NCBI GenBank assembly: GCA_029936935.1
Contig: JAPYRQ010000002.1
Location: 226-64,225, forward strand
DNA length: 64,000 nucleotides
Source of the DNA: Dehalococcoidia bacterium
GTDB taxonomy: Bacteria; Chloroflexota; Dehalococcoidia; Lucifugimonadales; UBA1127
Direction of reading: 5' to 3'
Part shown: one piece after another, positions 1 through 8,737 of the stretch
Layout of the letters: each line of letters begins with the position of its first letter
Position numbering within the stretch: the first letter of the stretch is position 1
Position numbers and translations under genes: made by a program
Notes under the pieces: model-generated
Seen by the model: only the letters and a program-made list of their open reading frames with translations
Database searches by the model: none
Told to the model about the DNA's origin: nothing

Positions 1-909
1 GATGATAATCATATCGTCTGGGATCTTGATGTCCTGGAACACATTCCACTCATGTTCGTGTCGCGGGTTTGCCCCTTCAAAGGAGATGGCTCCTACCTTG
101 GCTTTCAACACTGCAGGCAGGATGTCTCGAAGCGGGATGTCCCTGTGGTGTGGCCCCTCATAGTTTCCCCAACAGAGGTGGATACGTACCTGCTCCGCGG
201 GGATGTTCTGCAACGAGTGGTTCAGGGCTTCAATATTCCCTTCAGCGATCTTCACAAACTCCTCCGTGCTCAGGTCCGGGAACCGGAGGTGCCTACCCAT
301 AGCCAGATCAGGACAATCGAGTTGCAAGATGAATCCCGCCTGGGTAATAACTTCAAACTCGTCCTTCATCACGTCTGCCAGGGTTGCCAGATACTCATCA
401 CGTGTGGCGTAGTACTCGTTCTGCAAGAAGTGGGCAATGACCCCCGGCGATGCGGCAGTCATGAACGCTTCTTCGGACGGGCTGGTAGCTACTGCAGCGC
501 GCAGCACGGCGATGTCTGTCTGTACCGCATCCTTGTCCTTCCATGCGATGGGGCCGTTGCATGACGGCCTGGCAACACCAGGCGAACGCTTTTGGCGAGC
601 CAACGCCTCAGGGAAGTCGGCCCAATCCGCGCGAATGCTGACCCCTGCCTTGCCCTCAAAACCGGTCAACCGGTCTTTCACGTACGTGGAGTAGCCGATT
701 TTGCCCTGCTCTCCGTCACTGACGATGTCCACGCCCGCATCGACCTGCTGTCGAACGATCTCGGCGACCGCGCTCTTCACGCTGGTTGCCAGGGCGTTGG
801 CGTCGCTGAGAGTTCCAGCCTCCTTGCCGTCCAGCAGCTCAATCAGTTCCAGCGGACGGGGTAGGCTGCCTGTGTGGGTTGTCAGGATGCGCGAAGTGCT
901 GCGTTTCAT
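1..909 (-). CDS. MetE-like protein (cobalamin-independent methionine synthase II / UROD-MetE-like family), 3' end runs off the left edge
   Basis: Absent from the ORF track because its stop lies outside the window. My reverse-strand translation from the ATG at complement 909-907 reads MKRSTSRILTTHTGSLPRPLELIELL...VDIVSDGEQGKIGYSTYVKDRL...RIHLCWGNYEGPHH, open for 303 codons. THTGSLPRP and CWGNYEGPH are typical of MetE C-terminal-domain-like proteins. The + strand ORFs at 52-946 are antisense to it. Confidence 0.75.
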   Translation of the reverse strand, partial: MKRSTSRILTTHTGSLPRPLELIELLDGKEAGTLSDANALATSVKSAVAEIVRQQVDAGVDIVSDGEQGKIGYSTYVKDRLTGFEGKAGVSIRADWADFPEALARQKRSPGVARPSCNGPIAWKDKDAVQTDIAVLRAAVATSPSEEAFMTAASPGVIAHFLQNEYYATRDEYLATLADVMKDEFEVITQAGFILQLDCPDLAMGRHLRFPDLSTEEFVKIAEGNIEALNHSLQNIPAEQVRIHLCWGNYEGPHHRDIPLRDILPAVLKAKVGAISFEGANPRHEHEWNVFQDIKIPDDMIII

Positions 910-1119
910 GGGCGCTCCTTTGCCGTGGGCAATTTTATCGGGTTGAATATAGACTGTTGAGTATCAGAATGCCAGCACACTTGAGGAGATAGTTCATGCC
1001 TGAGTACACTCCAAAGGAATCCGCCGGACTCTACACCGCATCAACGACTCGGAGGGCAGCCTTGCACTAACGAAAAGCGGGGCGTCCTCCACAAATAGAG
1101 TGAGAAGGGGTTCAGAAAG

Positions 1120-1605
1120 ATGGATATGTTTCTCAGGGTGTCCCCTGTGGCTCTCGTACGGAGCATGGTAGGTCTGGCAATGGTGATGGTGTTTCTCGCC
1201 GCGTGCGGAGGAGGATCGACAGACCCGGTTACGCTTTCTGCACCGCCACCAACGGCGGTAACTATCGCCCCCACACAGGTTCCCATCGATATCCCGCCGA
1301 CCGCGGTGGCTCCTACGACGCCTGCAACTCCAACACAGGCAGCGCAAACAGGCACATTGGAGGAACAGATCGCAGCGGGCAAGATTCTCTATGAAAAGAC
1401 TGCGGGTGGTGTTGGGTGTGCGCTCTGCCACGGCATTGATGGCAAGGGCGATCCGTTGTACGCGGCCCCATCGAATAGAGGCGCTACGGCAGACCAGATA
1501 CTCGACGCAATTGAAACAAGACCTCAGATGGCGTTCCTGGTTCTATCAAACGATGAAGTTCAGGCGATAGCAGCCTACCTGAAGGTGTTGGCAGAGCAAC
1601 CTTAG
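1120..1605 (+). CDS. Class I c-type cytochrome, lipoprotein
   Basis: 161 aa. Signal peptide with lipobox (VFLAAC|GGGS), a Pro/Thr/Ala-rich linker, then a single CxxCH heme motif (CALCHG). Confidence 0.8.
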   Translation: MDMFLRVSPVALVRSMVGLAMVMVFLAACGGGSTDPVTLSAPPPTAVTIAPTQVPIDIPPTAVAPTTPATPTQAAQTGTLEEQIAAGKILYEKTAGGVGCALCHGIDGKGDPLYAAPSNRGATADQILDAIETRPQMAFLVLSNDEVQAIAAYLKVLAEQP

Positions 1606-1626
1606 CTGCCGAAGAGGGAGATTGCC

Positions 1627-2205
1627 ATGAATAGAAGAATGAGTCTCCTCACAACGATTCTTGCCGCAGGGGCCATTTCGCTGGTGTTGTCAGCGTGTGG
1701 CGGAGCTGCCGCGACTCCTTTAGTCATCGCCGACGAGGCTGTCGTAGCAACTGAACCGCCGGTCATTCCCCGTAACACGGGCGGGACGCTGGCGATCAAC
1801 GTGAACGTCACTGACCAAGGCTTTGAGCCTAATACGATCTTCATGGCCCAGGGCCAGCGTGTGAAGCTGGTGGTCAGGAACCAGGGCGCTACGGAGCACC
1901 ACTTCCACATTATTGGCCTGGACCCGGAGAACATGCTCTGGGCTGCGAAGGCCACAGAGATGGAAGGGGTAGGGAACGTGGACCTGGAGGAAGAGGACGA
2001 CGGCCATAACCACGATCACGGTGGCCTGGTGGACTTCCATATGTGCACGTCAGCCTTCGGCATCTGCCCCACAGGCCTATCTGTGCACGCTCATGCAGCG
2101 CCTGGCGACATGGACATCATCCTGTTCACTACAACCAACCAGGGTAACTTCCGGATTACGGACCCACTCCACCAGAACTTGATGGGTACGGCAATCGTGT
2201 TTTAG
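1627..2205 (+). CDS. Cupredoxin-like, His-rich lipoprotein (possible copper protein)
   Basis: 192 aa with lipobox LVLSAC|GG. The segment INVNVTDQGFEPNTIFMAQGQRVKLVVRNQGATEHHFHI resembles the cupredoxin_1 / EfeO-N fold. It has an acidic/His insert (EEEDDGHNHDHGG) and a C-terminal Cys/His/Met stretch (HMCTSAFGICPTGLSVHAHAAPGDM). It starts 21 nt after the cytochrome c gene, so co-transcription is likely. Confidence 0.6.
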   Translation: MNRRMSLLTTILAAGAISLVLSACGGAAATPLVIADEAVVATEPPVIPRNTGGTLAINVNVTDQGFEPNTIFMAQGQRVKLVVRNQGATEHHFHIIGLDPENMLWAAKATEMEGVGNVDLEEEDDGHNHDHGGLVDFHMCTSAFGICPTGLSVHAHAAPGDMDIILFTTTNQGNFRITDPLHQNLMGTAIVF

Positions 2206-2223
2206 GCACCATAGAATTTGCTC

Positions 2224-2268
2224 AATCATAAAGAAGGGGCCTCCAGTGGAGGCCCCTTCTTTATGATT
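2224..2268. terminator. Bidirectional intrinsic terminator hairpin
   Basis: Perfect 21-bp inverted repeat AATCATAAAGAAGGGGCCTCC / GGAGGCCCCTTCTTTATGATT with a 3-nt loop. It sits between convergent genes ending at 2205 (+) and 2282 (-). Confidence 0.75.
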
Positions 2269-2281
2269 GTTGCAGTTGGGC

Positions 2282-3778
2282 TTAGAGTGCTGAGCCGTGA
2301 TCCAAAGGCTTGGAAATCAGGCCTTCAATCTGGTCGACCATCGCGCTCTGGTCATAGGCGCGGAGCATGTTGACGCGGTTCCTTGTGGGGTCACCACCGT
2401 GCCAGTACTCGTAGACTTCCTGGCGCATCCCGAAGGATGACACTGCCAGTTCATGGGCCAGACGATACAGGCGGGACTTGTACTCAACGTCCACATCCTT
2501 CCCAATCATGTACATGTCCAGGTACTTGCGGATCTCAGGGTTGGCCAGGTCTGCCTCGCTGGGCTGCATGATGAGACCGGAGCCGGATATCTCGCGCAGG
2601 ATCTCCACCATGCGCTTGGAGGTGTGGGCGAACCAGTTCTGGAGGGCCTGTGCGCCGCCTCTGGGCTGTTGGCCGTCCTTGATGTAGGTGGTCTCTTCAA
2701 CGCCTTGCATGGCGTAGCGCCACATTTCGCAGTAGGAGACCATCTCGCCGAGCTTGGCGGAAACATCGCGGAAATCGTACACGCCAATGGACTTGGCGAT
2801 CATGGTGGCCACAGCGGTCATCAGCTTCATGCGGAAGTGGACGCGGCACATGTTTGACCAGCCCAGGAGGTTGAGGCCGCCGCCGAAGCCGGGGCCCATG
2901 GGTGGCTGATCGTACAGCATGAACACGCGATCCCAGGGAACAAGGACGTTGTCGAAGAAGAGCATGGCGTCCTGTTCGTCATAGTTGATGCCCAGTGGGT
3001 GGCCCCAGGTTCCGGGCCAGATGGATACAGGTTCTCGGCAGAGGGTCTTCAAGCCGGGTGTGCCGCTGGAGATGGAGAAGGCCATGTAGAATCGCGGGTC
3101 TGCCCGTCGGGAGAAGGTGGCAGATAGTGACACGTAGCACTCATTGGTGACGGGCGCTGCCGTGGCCAGCTGCTTGGCGCCGCTGACGATGATGCCGTCT
3201 TTGGTCTCCTCGACTACGTGTAGTGCTGTGTCTTCCTCTTTGACCTCACGTCGCTCGTTCTGGGGCTGCTGGCTGCGATCAATCTGAGGGTCGCCCAGCG
3301 CGTGGGTCAGGAACAGGTCGTTCTCACGACAGAGTCGAGTGTAGTTGATGATGTTCTCTTCAAAGTCACAGTGCTCGTTCTTAATCTGACCAAGGGCATC
3401 GCGGCGGTTGTACAGCATGAGGATGTACGGTGCCAGGATGTCCGGCCCGCGGCCTAGCTGACCCCATGACTGTTCGTTCCAGACTTCACTGTTGCGTCGC
3501 TTCAGACGGGTCTGTTCAAGGGACTCGGGCACCATCCATGAGATGCTGACCCTGTTACCGGTATCCGGGGAGACGTACGTCATCTGATCCCGATACTCGT
3601 CCATGTGCTGAAGGTCGTAGATACGAGCCAATTCCTTGGCCATTGGGGCGAACGCCGGGTGGGTGGTCACGTCATCGACTTTTTTGCCGTCGATGTACAC
3701 CTCGCGACCGTCCTGCAGGCTTTTGATGAACCGCTCTCCTGTCATTGCCCCTTCGGGCTTAGCTGTGTCCAATACCAT
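2282..3778 (-). CDS. HpaB-family flavin-dependent monooxygenase, oxygenase component (4-hydroxyphenylacetate 3-hydroxylase / AbfD fold)
   Basis: 498 aa. The N-terminus (ERFIKSLQDGREVYIDGKKVDDVTTHPAF) and overall length are typical of the HpaB_N/HpaB family. It is a paralog of 60049-61539. Confidence 0.85.
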   Translation of the reverse strand: MVLDTAKPEGAMTGERFIKSLQDGREVYIDGKKVDDVTTHPAFAPMAKELARIYDLQHMDEYRDQMTYVSPDTGNRVSISWMVPESLEQTRLKRRNSEVWNEQSWGQLGRGPDILAPYILMLYNRRDALGQIKNEHCDFEENIINYTRLCRENDLFLTHALGDPQIDRSQQPQNERREVKEEDTALHVVEETKDGIIVSGAKQLATAAPVTNECYVSLSATFSRRADPRFYMAFSISSGTPGLKTLCREPVSIWPGTWGHPLGINYDEQDAMLFFDNVLVPWDRVFMLYDQPPMGPGFGGGLNLLGWSNMCRVHFRMKLMTAVATMIAKSIGVYDFRDVSAKLGEMVSYCEMWRYAMQGVEETTYIKDGQQPRGGAQALQNWFAHTSKRMVEILREISGSGLIMQPSEADLANPEIRKYLDMYMIGKDVDVEYKSRLYRLAHELAVSSFGMRQEVYEYWHGGDPTRNRVNMLRAYDQSAMVDQIEGLISKPLDHGSAL

Positions 3779-3902
3779 AAAGTGCTCCTTTTCCAGACAT
3801 AATCTCTCCCTACCAGAAAAGGATACGGGACGACTGGAACAGTGTCACCTGCCGAATGGGCCATAGACGCAGCGCGTAAATCGTACGGAAACGGAGCCGT
3901 TA

Positions 3903-3916
3903 TGGGCCAAATGGCC
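3903..3916. promoter_or_regulatory. Short dyad GGGCCA-N2-TGGCCC upstream of the HpaB-family gene
   Basis: Perfect 6-bp inverted repeat with a 2-nt spacer, about 125 nt upstream of the start at 3778. A related half-site ATGGGCCA recurs at about 3855. Any operator role is speculative. Confidence 0.2.
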
Positions 3917-3924
3917 CTATAAGA

Positions 3925-3955
3925 AAGAGAGCGCCCGGGGTATGAGCGCTCTCTT
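3925..3955 (-). terminator. Intrinsic terminator-like hairpin after the LLM gene
   Basis: 10-bp stem AAGAGAGCGC / GCGCTCTCTT with an 11-nt loop, directly downstream of the minus-strand stop at 3979. A moderately T-rich tail follows on the minus strand. Confidence 0.5.
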
Positions 3956-3978
3956 CGTGCTTGCAGTAGGACAGGATA

Positions 3979-5052
3979 TCAACTGAGTTTAGGTATGACC
4001 TCATTGATGAGTAGCTCCGTAGAATGGAGCCACTGTTCTTTGGGTTGCCACTCATGGCCCATGGCCAGCAGCACACCGAACCCGCCGACTTCGTCCGATA
4101 GTGCCTGAAGCTTTTCGGCGACTTCGTCCGGACTGCCGACGATCCACACGTTGTCAGCCATGTACTCCGCCGTTACATCGGAGTCAGGCATGTTGGGGTC
4201 CTTCTTGACCAGGTCAAGGTGTTTGACCTGGGGGAGCAGCTTGCGGAAGTATTGATTGAAGTCACGCGCCAGGACGCCTTCCAGCGCCTCTTTGCGTGCC
4301 TGCTCACTGGTGTCCGCAACGTATATCTCTCGGGCGATGCGCCACGTTGATCGGTCAGGGTTCCTGCCGGTCTTCTTCGCGCCCTCTTCCACCGAATCCC
4401 AGTGGGTCTTGAGGATGCGTCCTGGTACCAGGTTGATGCTCATGGGGATCCAACCCCGTTCCCCTGCCTGGAGCATGGTGTCCGAGTTCTCAGACACGCC
4501 CGCAACACCGATGGGTGGATGCGGAAGCTGGTAGGGCTTCATGTGGAACCGTAGGCTAATCTCGTCATCGGGTTCCGGGATGGTGAAGCTCCAATACTTG
4601 GATTCATACAAACCAGGCTTTGGGTCGTCCCAAATCTGCAGGATGAGGTCCAACGCTTCCCACGTCATCTTCCGGTTGTCGCCCGTGGCTGGGTTATAGC
4701 CGAACACCTCGAAGTCGCCGGGGAAACCGCCAGAGCCTACGCCCCAGTGGAACCGCCCCTTGGCCATCTGATCGAGTTGTGCAATGCGATGTGCGACGAC
4801 GAAGGGGTTGTGGTTGGGCATACACGTGACACCGGTGCCCAGGATGATGTTCTTTGTGAGGGCCAGGGCCTGGGCAATGAAGAGGTCAGGCGCGGGGATG
4901 TTCTCCCACATCGTCGTGAAATGCTCGCCTATCCATGCCTCTTTGTACCCCAACTTGTCCAGGGTGATGATCTGCTGGAGGTCGTCCTCAAGGGTCTGGC
5001 TGATGTTTGCTTCCGGTGGGTGCATGGGCATAGTGAAGTAGCCGATTTCCAT
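3979..5052 (-). CDS. LLM-class (luciferase-like) flavin-dependent monooxygenase
   Basis: MEIGYFTMPMHPPE...LGYKEAWIGEHFT is a typical bacterial-luciferase-family N-terminus. I trimmed the ORF-track start (5109) to the ATG at 5052, which is preceded by AAGGAGG. Confidence 0.85.
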   Translation of the reverse strand: MEIGYFTMPMHPPEANISQTLEDDLQQIITLDKLGYKEAWIGEHFTTMWENIPAPDLFIAQALALTKNIILGTGVTCMPNHNPFVVAHRIAQLDQMAKGRFHWGVGSGGFPGDFEVFGYNPATGDNRKMTWEALDLILQIWDDPKPGLYESKYWSFTIPEPDDEISLRFHMKPYQLPHPPIGVAGVSENSDTMLQAGERGWIPMSINLVPGRILKTHWDSVEEGAKKTGRNPDRSTWRIAREIYVADTSEQARKEALEGVLARDFNQYFRKLLPQVKHLDLVKKDPNMPDSDVTAEYMADNVWIVGSPDEVAEKLQALSDEVGGFGVLLAMGHEWQPKEQWLHSTELLINEVIPKLS

Positions 5053-5159
5053 AGGAGCCTCCTTTGGGGCCCAAATTTGGGGAGCCTTTAAGAACAGATG
5101 CGCCCCCAACCTCCATATGAGAGTGAGAGCGCATCTGCCTACGTTACGAAACTATTGCC

Positions 5160-5975
5160 TTACGAGGAGAAGAAGTCCAGGACATCCTTGTTGAATCGCT
5201 CAGCAGTCTCTGTGGGTACTGCGTGGCCGATGTCATCATAGACAATCAACTTGGCCCCTGGGATGTTTGCTGCGGTGGCTTCACCCATCTCCAACGCGTT
5301 GGTCTTGTCCCCACGGCCCCAAATCACCAGTGTTGGTGCCTTGATATGCTTCATCCGACGTATCGTGTTGTAGCGGGGTCGGGTGATGGGGTCGGTCATG
5401 TGCTTCATCACCTTGCCGAAGGCCTCGCCGTGGTCGGGGAGCGTTGTCTTCTTGATAGCCGCCGCCGCCATCTCCTCAAGGTCTACAGTGCCTTCAGGGT
5501 AACGGCGTGCAACCTGCTCGCGGATGCTTTCTTCCGTCGGCATCTTGAAATCGACCATGCTGGTCAATGGCCGTGTGGCTGTGCCGCCGCCAGCGACGTT
5601 GACGACCTTGTTGACACGGTCAGGACTCTCATAAGAGAGCAGGGTCACAATCCAGCCGCCCATGGAGTGGCCGACAAAGTTGGCCTTATCGATACCCATG
5701 ACGTCCATGAACTCTCGGACGTGGTCTACCAGGTAGGCGAAGGACATCTCCTGGTTGAAGACATCGCCGGTTCCCCAGTTTAAGCAGTCAATCGCCAGAA
5801 CACGGAACTTCTCGGATAGAGGGCCCATGGCCAAGGACCAGTTCTCCGGGCCGCTTGTCCAACCCGCGCCGTGGATCAGGATGGTGGGGTAGCCGGTGCC
5901 AGCTTCCCAGTAACGGGTCTTGCCGTGGCTCATCTCTGCGAAATTCTCTGTCCATACCTTTGCAACAGTGGTCAT
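5160..5975 (-). CDS. Alpha/beta hydrolase, meta-cleavage-product (BphD/MhpC-like) hydrolase family
   Basis: Nucleophile elbow GHSMGG, oxyanion region ILIHGAG, and a C-terminal IGH catalytic His region. Start trimmed to MTT (5975), which is preceded by GGAGG. The subfamily assignment is less certain than the fold. Confidence 0.8.
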   Translation of the reverse strand: MTTVAKVWTENFAEMSHGKTRYWEAGTGYPTILIHGAGWTSGPENWSLAMGPLSEKFRVLAIDCLNWGTGDVFNQEMSFAYLVDHVREFMDVMGIDKANFVGHSMGGWIVTLLSYESPDRVNKVVNVAGGGTATRPLTSMVDFKMPTEESIREQVARRYPEGTVDLEEMAAAAIKKTTLPDHGEAFGKVMKHMTDPITRPRYNTIRRMKHIKAPTLVIWGRGDKTNALEMGEATAANIPGAKLIVYDDIGHAVPTETAERFNKDVLDFFSS

Positions 5976-6072
5976 ACGTTCCTCCAATAAGTGAATATTC
6001 AGTAGAATTTGGTCTGCGAGTCATGATACGCGCACTCGCGCAAGATTCAACCCCCTGGATTCATCAGGTACA

Positions 6073-7289
6073 ATGCGGTTGCTTATAGCAAAAGGGGAGG
6101 CAACAATCACGAACTTATCGACGCGATTTCAGCTACGACAGCGCAATCCGGTATCCGGTCGAATGCTGCCATCGCCGATGCCGGAACCTATGCAAGCTAA
6201 CTTGGATAGGGCTCAGGCATTGTTGGCCGAGGAGTTCCTGGGCGTCACCACGGACGGCCGTGTTGTCCCTGGCCTCTATCAGCTACAGAAAACCGGTCTT
6301 TCCATCGACCCAATTAAGAATGCAGCGAACACCTTCCTCGCATCGCTCAATGCCGAGCAGAAGGACGCAGCGTCCTTCGATGTTGTCAACATCGCATGGA
6401 GGCAGTGGAGCAACATCCACCCTTTCCTCATGCGCCACGGTGCATTCCTTGACGAGCTATCGCCGGCCCAACGCGACAACGCCATGGCCTTGTTGAAAGA
6501 GAGCCTGAGCCCCAAGGGTTACCAGACCGCGCGGGATATTATGCGCCTGAACGAGTTCATTTTGGAACTCACCGGCAAGACGGATGAATACGGTGAGTGG
6601 CTGTATTGGATGAGTCTTATGGGAACGCCATCGTCTGACGAGCCTTGGGGCTGGCGATAGATGGACACCACCTCATCATCAATTACTTCTTGGTGAACGG
6701 CAGAGCAATCATGTCGCCGGTGTTCATGGGCTCTGAGCCTAACGATGCAGACGCCGGCAAGTACGAGGGAACCCGCGTGTTCCATGACGAGGAGCACCTG
6801 GGGTTGGTGTTGGCCCAGTCGCTATCGGCGGAGCAGCGGAGCAAAGCGGTCATCGGTGATGAGTTGCCGCCGGAGGTCTTCACCACCGCCTTTCGAGACA
6901 ATTTCGAGCTGAAATACGAGGGTATCCGCTACAACGACCTCTCAAGCAGCCAGCAGGGTTTGATGCTGAACGTCATCGATACGTATGTTGGTCGCATGCG
7001 ACAGGATCAGGCATCGCTCAAGATAGATGAGGTGAAAGAACACCTGGGGGAGACGTACTTCGCGTGGATGGGTGCTGCCACAGAAAAGGATGTCTACTAC
7101 TATCGCATCCACAGCCCGGTCATCCTCATTGAGTTCGATTACCAGCGAGGCGTCGCCCTGGATACGGACAAGCCCACCAAGGACCACATCCACACGGTTG
7201 TCCGGACGCCCAACGGGAACGACTACGGCAAAGACCTGCTTCGACAGCACCGAGAGAACGCAGACGCCTCCCACGGGCATAGAAGCTAG
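6073..7289 (+). pseudogene. DUF3500 family protein, split by a 1-nt frameshift near 6657
   Basis: ORF 6073-6660 ends ...DEPWGWR*. ORF 6645-7289 continues in the next frame with IDGHHLIINYF...YYYRIHSPVILIEFD...HIHTVVR. Joined, this reads PWGWRIDGHHL, a contiguous DUF3500-type core. The frames meet at base 6657. The true N-terminal start (6073 or the ATG near 6163) is uncertain. Confidence 0.7.
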
Positions 7290-7296
7290 GTAGCGA

Positions 7297-7836
7297 CTAC
7301 GCGGGGAACCAACCCTTGCCGGTGAGCATGCCGCGTATGTACTCAATCTGGCCGGTGTGTTTCACCGTGTCTGAGCATGCGCCCATCAGGGTGCGCCAAG
7401 CCGGACGGGGTTCACCCCTGCCGGGAATGTAGTTGATGTTCTTCGCTAAGTCATCCGCGCTCATACGCCCAACACGGTCCATAAATGCCTGGTGGGCAGC
7501 ATCGGTGTAGCCACAGAGCAGCTCTTGGCTGGGTTTGAACTCCGCAACCTGCTCCAACGTATCGCCGAGGCCCGTTCGGTCTGCCGGCATGCCGAACTTA
7601 TCGTGCCAACCACCGCTGACCCAGACCTCGTCCTCGCCTACAGCCTGAGCACTCTGCTTGTCCTTCCATCGGTTCATGTGCCACGCCAGCCACACGATAG
7701 AGTTAGCGTCTGATGTGGGTTGCTGACAGAGCTGCTCTTCCGTCAGGCCGTCGAAGGCGCGCTTGAGTGACCCGTATGCGCCCTCCATGAATGTTGTGAT
7801 GAAGAATGCTACATCTACTGGCTTATCGGTCGTCAT
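7297..7836 (-). CDS. DinB-family (DinB_2-like) four-helix-bundle protein
   Basis: 179 aa. The His-containing helices (WLAWHMNRW, VKHTGQIEYI) match the DinB superfamily pattern. Confidence 0.7.
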   Translation of the reverse strand: MTTDKPVDVAFFITTFMEGAYGSLKRAFDGLTEEQLCQQPTSDANSIVWLAWHMNRWKDKQSAQAVGEDEVWVSGGWHDKFGMPADRTGLGDTLEQVAEFKPSQELLCGYTDAAHQAFMDRVGRMSADDLAKNINYIPGRGEPRPAWRTLMGACSDTVKHTGQIEYIRGMLTGKGWFPA

Positions 7837-7863
7837 CGTTTTCTCCTGAGTGTTGCGGCTGAG

Positions 7864-8724
7864 TTACAGGGCCTTTGCTATCTGCTGCGCTTCCTGCAGC
7901 CCCTCATCGAAAGGTGTGTTGTTGGACAGGCTGATGGTCAGTGTCGTCGCACCCAACCCCGCCCATTCTTTGGCGTCACTGATATGGCTGTCAGGGTCGC
8001 CTCCGTTGAGGCTCAATCGACCGTCGATGCCGAGGGTGTCCATGTCCCTGCCGAATTCGGAGGCATAGGACTTCAGTTGATCTACCATCTCACCGTGCTT
8101 GGCCATGTCATTTTCCATTGGTGAGCCAATCCAGCCGTCCGCGATCTCAGCCGCACGTTTGATAGCTGCCTGAGACGCCCCTGCCACCCAAACGGGAATG
8201 GGTTGCTGAACTGGCTTTGGATTGAGCCCCGCGCCGTGGATGTGGTGCCACGTGCCATCGAAATTGATGGAGTCCTGTGTCCACAGCGCCCGCATGACCT
8301 CTATCTGCTCTGCTGAACGTGCGCCGCGAGTGTGGAAGTCCTCGTTCAGGGCTTCGTATTCCACCGTGTTCCAACCCACGCCGATGCCCAGCTGAAACCT
8401 GCCGTTGCTGATGAGGTCCAACTCCGCAGCTTGCTTGGCCACCAGCGCCGTCTGCCTCTGGGGCAGGATGAGGATGCCAGTCATGAACCGGAGCGTGGTC
8501 GTTGCGCCGGCAAGGTAGCTGAACAGCGTGAACGGCTCATGGCTGAAGGTGGCGTTGGTGTATGACCGTTTCCAACCCTCATGGTACGCAGGGTCTGCGC
8601 CAAGGACGTGGTCTGCCATCACCACGTGGTTCATTCCCAAACCTTCCGCGGTGACTACAAAGTCTTTAATCTTGCCGACATCGGCTCCTATGGCCTCTGC
8701 CGGAATGGCTACTCCAACTTGCAT
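7864..8724 (-). CDS. LLM-class F420-dependent oxidoreductase (predicted)
   Basis: 286 aa. MQVGVAIP...FVVTAEGLGMNHVVMADHVLG and its size are typical of the short LLM/F420 subfamily. Confidence 0.75.
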   Translation of the reverse strand: MQVGVAIPAEAIGADVGKIKDFVVTAEGLGMNHVVMADHVLGADPAYHEGWKRSYTNATFSHEPFTLFSYLAGATTTLRFMTGILILPQRQTALVAKQAAELDLISNGRFQLGIGVGWNTVEYEALNEDFHTRGARSAEQIEVMRALWTQDSINFDGTWHHIHGAGLNPKPVQQPIPVWVAGASQAAIKRAAEIADGWIGSPMENDMAKHGEMVDQLKSYASEFGRDMDTLGIDGRLSLNGGDPDSHISDAKEWAGLGATTLTISLSNNTPFDEGLQEAQQIAKAL

Positions 8725-8737
8725 AACTTCCTCCGTA

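Noticed and set aside
52-946. Six overlapping + strand ORFs at the left edge (52-564, 69-302, 203-412, 437-694, 592-864, 701-946).
   Set aside because: All are antisense to, or out of frame with, the continuous 303-codon MetE-like reading frame on the minus strand.
6646-6662. Programmed -1 ribosomal frameshift as the explanation for the DUF3500 split.
   Set aside because: There is no X-XXY-YYZ slippery heptamer and no obvious downstream pseudoknot or hairpin. A single-base deletion is simpler.
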